This document shows positions 57,870 through 64,000 of a DNA stretch of 64,000 bases, in pieces. The stretch is from a virus (Duplodnaviria; Caudoviricetes), in the IMG/VR virus record IMGVR_UViG_3300029913_000012, positions 8,322-72,321 of that record; one strand, 5' to 3'. Every line of letters starts with the position of its first letter. The first letter of the stretch is position 1. Position numbers and translations under genes: made by a program. A model generated the notes under the pieces. It saw only the letters and a list, made by a program, of their open reading frames with translations. It was not told the DNA's origin and ran no database searches.

Positions 57870-58547
57870 ATGAGTTATATAAAACAATTTGAAGCTTTCA
57901 CTAAAAATGTGTTAGCTGATTTAAAAAAAACTGAAAGAACATATTTAAAAAGAAGATTAAGTGATTATGTAGAAGATGCTGAAAATTATAGATTATCATT
58001 AATTGAATTGATTGAATATGATATATCCAACTTTAACTATAATGATAAATCTTATGATTTTTGTATAACACCAGATAATATATTTATTGATAAAATTAAT
58101 AAAATTAATAAAGATTTAGAAACTAAAATATCAACAGATTTACAATTTGAATTTTCTTATGATATAAATAATCTAAATTTAATAGATTTTAAAAAAGGAA
58201 TTCCAGATTTATTGAGAGGTATTAGTTTAGGATATAAATTATATTTATTTGTAATAGATAAAGTAGGATTTATAACTACAAATAAATACAGTTCAAAGGA
58301 TGCTATACATATTTGGAATGGATTAGTTACAACTGAAAAATTATACGCGTTCACATCAAATGATATTACTGGAGTTATTCTTAAAAATCAATCAGATAAT
58401 AAAATTAAAACATATTTAGATAATTTAAAAAATTATAATTCAAACGTATTAAAATTTAAATTTGATGATTTGATATTTGATGAAGAATTAGAAAAAAAAA
58501 TAATAGAAATATATGGAAGCTTGGACATTTATAAACAAAGAAACTAA
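57870..58547 (+). CDS. CTS-leader protein with GNAT-like domain
   Basis: MSYIKQFEAF; IPDLLRGISLGYKLY (acetyl-CoA loop R-G-x-x-G) and SSKDAIHIWNGL. Confidence 0.55.
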   Translation: MSYIKQFEAFTKNVLADLKKTERTYLKRRLSDYVEDAENYRLSLIELIEYDISNFNYNDKSYDFCITPDNIFIDKINKINKDLETKISTDLQFEFSYDINNLNLIDFKKGIPDLLRGISLGYKLYLFVIDKVGFITTNKYSSKDAIHIWNGLVTTEKLYAFTSNDITGVILKNQSDNKIKTYLDNLKNYNSNVLKFKFDDLIFDEELEKKIIEIYGSLDIYKQRN

Positions 58548-58770
58548 CGAAATTATCAGATGTGATTTAAAAAATGGTGATTCTGAATTTGGACAGGAAT
58601 ATTTTTTCACTACATGTATATATTCACCATTATGGTTCGTTAAAACTAAAGATGAAGCTGAAATTGCATACAGGATAAATGTGCATCCGCAATTTTCTAT
58701 GAATTATAAAAATCCATCTACTGATAATATAAATTTGAAAGATTATAAAATAGTTAAATTTGAAAATTAA
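58513..58770 (+). CDS. Hypothetical protein
   Basis: 85 aa; the sequence after the TAA continues in frame as NNRKIKLKKLKI*. Confidence 0.55.
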   Translation: MEAWTFINKETNEIIRCDLKNGDSEFGQEYFFTTCIYSPLWFVKTKDEAEIAYRINVHPQFSMNYKNPSTDNINLKDYKIVKFEN

Positions 58771-58808
58771 AATAATAGAAAAATTAAATTAAAAAAATTA
58801 AAAATATA

Positions 58809-59288
58809 ATGAAAATAAAAATATACGTTAAATTGCACAATGAAAATTGTGAATTGGTTTCATTTGGAAACTGGATAGATTTAAGAGTGTCTGAAACTAC
58901 AACGCTTAAAAAATTCGATTTTAAATTACTTGATTTAGGAGTTTCTATGAAACTACCTAAATATTATCAAGGTAATATAGTACCAAGATCTGGTACATAT
59001 AAAAACTTTAAACTATTACAAACAAATCACTATGGAGTTGTTGATGGTCCAACAAAAAAAGAATCTGGATATTCTGGTAATAACGATAGATGGAAATTTG
59101 CAGCATTAGCTATGGATGATATTACAATTAATGAAAGTGAAAGAATTTGTCAATTTGAAATCAAGCCAACAATGTTTGCACCATTTTGGGTAAAATTAAA
59201 ATGGCTTTTCTCAAATGGTATTAATATTATTTATGTTGATGATTTGAATTCCGAAAATAGAGGCGGATTTGGAACAACTGGAAAATAA
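58809..59288 (+). CDS. dut: dUTPase (trimeric)
   Basis: WIDLR, PRSG, GVVD..Y.G, ERICQF, RGGFGTTG. Confidence 0.9.
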   Translation: MKIKIYVKLHNENCELVSFGNWIDLRVSETTTLKKFDFKLLDLGVSMKLPKYYQGNIVPRSGTYKNFKLLQTNHYGVVDGPTKKESGYSGNNDRWKFAALAMDDITINESERICQFEIKPTMFAPFWVKLKWLFSNGINIIYVDDLNSENRGGFGTTGK

Positions 59289-59300
59289 CTAAATAACTAA

Positions 59301-59699
59301 ATGAATAACTTATATAAATATACAGCAAATAGAAAATCAGAAATAAAATTTATAGAAAGTCATTTTTATATATATTTTACTGATTTTCCTAATATCTATT
59401 ATTCTACTACTGATAAAATTACAAGAAAAATAAAAATATTATCTATTGATAATGTAAAATTATATAATAAAATTAATGATATAGTTAATCATTCAACTAT
59501 AGCAGATGTTTCAGAAATTTTTAGCTTAGAACTATCAAAAGAAATTGATAAGAGTATCATGAAAGAATTAATGAAGATGTTTAATCCAAGAAAACAACTT
59601 ACTAAAAAACTTAAAAATTTCACATTTTCACATAATAAAATTATCACGCCTTACAATAATAGAAAATATAAAAACAAAAAATCATCAATTAAAAATTGA
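59301..59699 (+). CDS. Hypothetical protein with capsid-like helix and RKIKI tag
   Basis: TRKIKILSI; DVSEIFSLELSKEIDKSIMKELMKM resembles the gp23 long helix. Confidence 0.5.
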   Translation: MNNLYKYTANRKSEIKFIESHFYIYFTDFPNIYYSTTDKITRKIKILSIDNVKLYNKINDIVNHSTIADVSEIFSLELSKEIDKSIMKELMKMFNPRKQLTKKLKNFTFSHNKIITPYNNRKYKNKKSSIKN

Positions 59700-59747
59700 T
59701 GATTTTTTATTAACTCGGTTGTTGAATTTTTATTATTTTTATAAAGG

Positions 59748-60242
59748 TTATTCACCTTTTGATTTTTTATCAAGTTCATTAAATCTAAACTCAATATTTC
59801 TATTAATAGATACATTTTCACTATTAATTTTATTTTCAACATTAGCAAATCTTGAATCCATTGTTCTATAAACAGTTTCTCTTTCGCTATCAACTTTATT
59901 CTCAAATTTATTGAATCTTGAATCCATTGTACGATAAATTTCACTAGATAATTGTGAAATTTCATTATTTAATGTCTCTACATTATTATTAATAATATTG
60001 TGTGTTTCACTAAAATTATTTTCTGTAGATTTTTCTAACTTAGAAATCATATTAGATAAATCAGTCGATTGTATTTGCATATTATCATATATTTCACCAA
60101 CATTATTTGTCATATTTGTTTCTAATTCAATAATTTTCTTATTCATTTTTATTACCCTAAAAAATGCAATTACACCCATTACAATCGCTGCAAAAACTAT
60201 AACTGACAACATTCCTAAAATAAATGCCATTATTGTATTCAT
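59748..60242 (-). CDS. Membrane-anchored coiled-coil protein
   Basis: N-terminal TM helix; YRTMDSRF..(F/V)ENK repeated. Confidence 0.7.
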   Translation of the reverse strand: MNTIMAFILGMLSVIVFAAIVMGVIAFFRVIKMNKKIIELETNMTNNVGEIYDNMQIQSTDLSNMISKLEKSTENNFSETHNIINNNVETLNNEISQLSSEIYRTMDSRFNKFENKVDSERETVYRTMDSRFANVENKINSENVSINRNIEFRFNELDKKSKGE

Positions 60243-60316
60243 ATATTTTTTCTCCTATATATTCAACAACTGAGTTATCAATAATAGTACAAAAAATATT
60301 ACAAGTTTATAGAAAA

Positions 60317-60351
60317 TAAAAAAATCTGTATTAAAAAATACAGATTTTTTT
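60317..60351. terminator. Intrinsic terminator after lipoprotein gene
   Basis: AAAAAATCTGTATT...AATACAGATTTTTT. Confidence 0.7.
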
Positions 60352-60377
60352 ATTTTCGCAAATTATTTACAAATTTG

Positions 60378-60539
60378 TTACTTTGCTACTACAGTATCAA
60401 CTGCTACTGTATCAACACTAGCTGAATCAACAGCAGAAATTGAATCCTGAGCAGGAGTTGTAGATTTTGCACTCTTTGGAGTACAAGAAGCAAATGTAAA
60501 AGCAGCAATAACTGCGATCATTAAAATTACTTTTTTCAT
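60378..60539 (-). CDS. Small lipoprotein (Bacteroidota-type)
   Basis: MKKVILMIAVIAAFTFASC lipobox, then TPKSAKSTTPAQDSISAVDSASVDTVAVDTVVAK (53 aa, below track cutoff). Confidence 0.8.
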   Translation of the reverse strand: MKKVILMIAVIAAFTFASCTPKSAKSTTPAQDSISAVDSASVDTVAVDTVVAK

Positions 60540-60585
60540 CTTTATTTATTTATTATTTTATTATAATCATAAAAATTTATGATTG

Positions 60586-60658
60586 TGGATCATGTTGGAA
60601 TCGAACCAACGATCTTCTGGTTATGAGCCAGATGCCGTAACGACTTGGCTAATGATCC
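60586..60658 (-). tRNA. tRNA with CAT anticodon (elongator Met or Ile2)
   Basis: GGATCAT/ATGATCC acceptor, TCTGG-CTCATAA-CCAGA anticodon arm, GTTGG-TTCGATT-CCAAC T arm; no encoded CCA. Confidence 0.9.
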
Positions 60659-60711
60659 TTATTATACTATTATTATATGTTTAAAAACATAATTTGTTTT
60701 AGAATTGAGTA

Positions 60712-60742
60712 CAAAGATAGTATTTTTATTTGATATATCAAA
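60712..60742 (-). promoter_or_regulatory. Bacteroidota primary-sigma promoter TTTG-N19-TATCTTTG upstream of the tRNA
   Basis: Minus strand TTTG atatatcaaataaaaatac TATCTTTG. Confidence 0.7.
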
Positions 60743-61061
60743 ACATTTTTGAAATAAAATGATTATTTTGTAGATTTTCAAAATTATTTTCTAATTTATT
60801 ACATAACGTAATGAAATTATTAATCTCCGATATATTTAATTTGAACCATTCACCATTTAATCTACAATGAGAATAGAAATTGTGTAGACTTTTTTCTAAT
60901 CTTTGATTATATTTCGTTTGAAAGCAGCACAATTCCTTTATTAAAAAAGGATTGCCTGTTTGTAATGAATTAATTCTTTTTTGGACTGAATTTTTTGTAT
61001 AACCAATTTTGTAAATTATACCATCATCATTAGATGATTCTAATAAATAAATATATCCCAT
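60738..61061 (-). CDS. GIY-YIG nuclease (T5orf172/Mug113-like)
   Basis: GYIYLL, YKIGYT, KRI..LQTGNP, E..LH, GEWF. Confidence 0.85.
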   Translation of the reverse strand: MGYIYLLESSNDDGIIYKIGYTKNSVQKRINSLQTGNPFLIKELCCFQTKYNQRLEKSLHNFYSHCRLNGEWFKLNISEINNFITLCNKLENNFENLQNNHFISKMF

Positions 61062-61091
61062 TATATTATATATTTCATTTACATGGTTCTA

Positions 61092-61622
61092 TTAATGAAA
61101 ATCATTAAAACTTTTTACGTGATGTATAGATTTTTCAGGAAATTTAGGATCAACAATAACTTCTCCACCTAATCTCATTTTTGCGTTATACTCATCTGTC
61201 TTACTTGGATTTTCAATAATAATATTACCAGTTTTTTGATTCAATTTACCAGATTTTTTTCTATCTGAATCTTCTAAATCAGTTTCATCTATATTAATTT
61301 TAACGAAACTATCTTCTAAATCACCTACAGATTCAGATAATTCATCGTCTTCATTATAATATGATTCTGATTCCATCTCATCGATTTCAGTAGATTTATC
61401 ATTTATTTCTTTAATTAAATTAATTGCTTCTGGCGTAGCAATTTTAGCTAATGAATCATTTGTTTCTTCTGGATCTGATGCGTCATTATTTTCTTCTGGA
61501 TTAATACCTTTATAATTACATATAAGAATATTAGCTTTATCAAGAAGCTCACTCATATCATCATATAATCCAGATTCTTCTGCGTCATCTACATATGATT
61601 CAAATGTTTTTAATTTTTTCAT
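61092..61622 (-). CDS. Acidic protein with CTS-like motifs at both ends (start re-assigned)
   Basis: MKKLKTFESY...HVKSFNDFH. Confidence 0.65.
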   Translation of the reverse strand: MKKLKTFESYVDDAEESGLYDDMSELLDKANILICNYKGINPEENNDASDPEETNDSLAKIATPEAINLIKEINDKSTEIDEMESESYYNEDDELSESVGDLEDSFVKINIDETDLEDSDRKKSGKLNQKTGNIIIENPSKTDEYNAKMRLGGEVIVDPKFPEKSIHHVKSFNDFH

Positions 61623-61650
61623 ATTATTTTTTTTGTATTTTTGTTTCTTT

Positions 61651-62616
61651 TTATCTAAGAAATTTTGACCAAGATATCCATCCATTATCTTTATATACAA
61701 TATATGGACAACTCGGTATATTTAAAGGTCTATCTGATGATTTGCTAAAAATATCGAAATAATTCCTAGTATTAATCTTTGGATAATTATAATTTAACCA
61801 TTTTTTACAATCATCATATGACATAAATTCTTTTTGATAAAATGATTTCCAAGATATCCAACCAGATTTACTATATGTAGAATCTGGTCTTTTTGGAATG
61901 AATCCTGGAAATAAATGTTTATTTTGTCTCCAAGTTTTTTGAGTTGTTATATTTGGATAATTATTTTTAATCCATATTTTGCAATTAATATAATCCAAGA
62001 ATGTTTCTTTTCCATTATTTAAAAAATCACCCCAAGAAATCCAACCTTTACATTTATATGCTGTATACGGGTGTTTAGGTATAAATTTAGGTAACGTATT
62101 ATTTTTTATATATTCTAACCAATCTTCTTTTATTTTAAGATCTGGAATATTTTTATTAACCCAATTTTTTACATATTTAAATGTTTTGTGATATTTTTTA
62201 TTTCCTCCACTTTCTCCTCCTTCAGATATATTAACTAAATTTTTAAATTGAGAAATCCAAAATTTTTCTCTATTAATCCAATCTTCCTCTTTACAAGTTT
62301 CTAATATTTTAATATTTATAGAATTTCCAGATTTTATCACCTTTCTAATCCAATTACATTTATGTCTATTTCCGACTAAATTTTTAGCATCAGATATATG
62401 TTTTAATCTTCTTTTGTGAGGATTATTTGTTTTGCCAACGTATCTTACAGTATTTTCGTTATCTGTAAGAGCATAAATATAAACGATATCAATAAAATTA
62501 AAATCAGATAGATTTGAATTATTTGAAAATTGTTCATCTGATATATTTTTATAATTTGCTGATATAATATCAAGTGACTTATTTAAAAGATGATCACAAT
62601 TTAAAGGTATACTCAT
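61651..62616 (-). CDS. GIY-YIG homing endonuclease with P..P...Y...GW.SW repeats
   Basis: YIYAL, RYVGKT..P..R...H, EKFWI, N...GGE. Confidence 0.8.
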   Translation of the reverse strand: MSIPLNCDHLLNKSLDIISANYKNISDEQFSNNSNLSDFNFIDIVYIYALTDNENTVRYVGKTNNPHKRRLKHISDAKNLVGNRHKCNWIRKVIKSGNSINIKILETCKEEDWINREKFWISQFKNLVNISEGGESGGNKKYHKTFKYVKNWVNKNIPDLKIKEDWLEYIKNNTLPKFIPKHPYTAYKCKGWISWGDFLNNGKETFLDYINCKIWIKNNYPNITTQKTWRQNKHLFPGFIPKRPDSTYSKSGWISWKSFYQKEFMSYDDCKKWLNYNYPKINTRNYFDIFSKSSDRPLNIPSCPYIVYKDNGWISWSKFLR

Positions 62617-62628
62617 TTTATTTATATT

Positions 62629-62940
62629 TTATTCTTTGTTTTTTACTTCTTTTTTACCATTTTTCAATTCCTCAGCATATTCTTCATCAATTTCTTTTAG
62701 TAAGGTTTGAAATTCACCGATATGAACCTTCTCCTCTCTAGACACATCTAGTAACGTATCTTTAATTTTTCTATCGTTAGCTTCGTCAGCCATTTGCTCA
62801 TATAAGTTGATAGTATCTAGCTCCGCTAAAATTGCTGCTCTTAGAATCTGTTTATCTGATGATGAGTTTTTTGAACCTGGAATAGTTGATAATGTTTCAT
62901 TTAAAAAAGCATCAAATTTTAAAGTTTTTTTCATTTTCAT
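62629..62940 (-). CDS. Encapsulin-associated-type ferritin-like protein with CTS leader
   Basis: KFDAFLNE leader; LRAAILAELDTINLYEQMA...LLDVSREEKVHIGEF..LL (E...Y / EExH diiron half-site). Confidence 0.8.
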   Translation of the reverse strand: MKMKKTLKFDAFLNETLSTIPGSKNSSSDKQILRAAILAELDTINLYEQMADEANDRKIKDTLLDVSREEKVHIGEFQTLLKEIDEEYAEELKNGKKEVKNKE

Positions 62941-63254
62941 TTATCTTTTTTATCGTCTTTATCGTCTTTGTCTTTTTTATCATCTTTCTTATCATCTTCT
63001 TTACCTTCTTCTTGACCGCATTCACTTACGATTTTATAATAATTATCCATAGATAATTTACCTTCTTTTTTTGAAATTTTAAGCGCGATTTCTGTTGCTT
63101 TATGTAAATCCATATCAGTTTTAGCATCTTCTTTTGCAAATTCAAGCATACGAATAAATAATGGAACATCCATTGTAATGGTATCAATTTTATCTTCTTT
63201 GTCATGATGTTTTTCAGTTATGAAATCATCAAAATTTAAAGTTGTTTTATTCAT
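62937..63254 (-). CDS. CTS-leader conserved phage protein
   Basis: MNKTTLNFDDFITE; DTITMDVPLFIRMLEFAKED; DDKKD tail. Confidence 0.65.
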   Translation of the reverse strand: MNKTTLNFDDFITEKHHDKEDKIDTITMDVPLFIRMLEFAKEDAKTDMDLHKATEIALKISKKEGKLSMDNYYKIVSECGQEEGKEDDKKDDKKDKDDKDDKKDK

Positions 63255-63259
63255 TTTAT

Positions 63260-63880
63260 TTAATTATTTTTTGAGAATGATTCAAAATTTTTCACTCTTG
63301 ATATTTTATATTTTATACTTTCTTTTTTTGGTTGAATAGGTTGTGTAACTTCTGCTTGTGAACTATGAACTTTAACTTTATCTGTTACATTAGGCTGAGA
63401 TTGTGTTATAGGTTGTGCTTGCGCTGTTGCAACTTGTTTATTTTCTTGTTCTTCTTGTTTTTTTACTTGATATTCATCACCAGTATATTCAACTACATTT
63501 GGAGATATTTCAACATCTATGAAATTACCACCACGTATTTCTCCTCCTTCTATTTTTCCTTTAAAAAAATTTCCTTTGTATATAATTCCTGATTTAAAAA
63601 TTCCATTTCTCCATACTCCATTATACCATACTCCATTTTGCCAATTACCATATCTCCACTCACCATCTCTCCAAACTCCAAAATACCAATCACCATTATA
63701 CCAAATACCAGCATTCCAAACTAATGTATCTTGAAAAATTTCAAGTCTAGCATTTTTTATTTCTGCATTAACCATCCAATTGAATTTATTATCAATTAAA
63801 ATCTCATCAATTTTCCACTGTTCAGTGAAAATTTTACCATTAAATTTTAATTCCGAATAACGAAGTTCTTTACTTATCAT
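63260..63880 (-). CDS. W-x-x-G pentapeptide repeat protein with C-terminal CTS-like motif
   Basis: WNAGIWYNGDWYFGVWRDGEWRYGNWQNGVWYNGVWRNG; ends RVKNFESFSKNN. Confidence 0.65.
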   Translation of the reverse strand: MISKELRYSELKFNGKIFTEQWKIDEILIDNKFNWMVNAEIKNARLEIFQDTLVWNAGIWYNGDWYFGVWRDGEWRYGNWQNGVWYNGVWRNGIFKSGIIYKGNFFKGKIEGGEIRGGNFIDVEISPNVVEYTGDEYQVKKQEEQENKQVATAQAQPITQSQPNVTDKVKVHSSQAEVTQPIQPKKESIKYKISRVKNFESFSKNN

Positions 63881-64000
63881 AGGTTAAATATTTTTTCTAT
63901 TTATGTATATATAAAAATTATATATTGAATTTATCAGAATCAACAAAAAACTTAAAATAAGGTATTGTATCTAATACTTTTTTATAATCTCTTAATATTA

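Noticed and set aside
1-64000. Stop-codon reassignment suggested by several in-frame stops
   Set aside because: All core genes are full length in the standard code; TGA and TAG serve as real stops (ATGA overlaps); the interruptions are a mix of TAA, TGA, TAG and frameshifts confined to accessory genes

Overview
AT-rich fragment of a large T4-related (jumbo) myovirus genome, probably infecting a Bacteroidota host. The host call rests on TAnnTTTG promoters, A-rich start contexts without obvious Shine-Dalgarno sites, and a Bacteroidota-style lipoprotein. Core genes present: terminase N-half ending in an atypically split intein followed by a free-standing endonuclease, gp25/gp6 baseplate, major capsid protein, prohead protease-scaffold fusion, portal, gp2, gp4, gp55-like sigma, gp15, clamp loader, RNase H-like exonuclease, Dam, dUTPase and one CAT-anticodon tRNA. 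Accessory content: about 11 homing-endonuclease-like genes, a 10-gene glycosylation island (GT2s, GT6, WecB, methyltransferases) and mucin-like Thr-repeat proteins. Most notable signals: (1) more than 20 unrelated small proteins share an N-terminal leader resembling the T4 capsid-targeting sequence, with cargo that includes an ADP-ribosyltransferase, a zincin protease, a GNAT and an encapsulin-type ferritin, partly arranged in a cassette-like array; (2) a second peptide tag, R-K-x-K-[LI]-x-x-[LI], occurs on about a dozen proteins and is inserted into degenerate copies of the phage's own prohead protease and capsid (Gol-equivalent region) encoded side by side, a candidate decoy or adaptor anti-defence system; (3) three distinct promoter architectures can be read directly from the sequence. 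All family assignments are from motif recognition by eye; no database searches were run.
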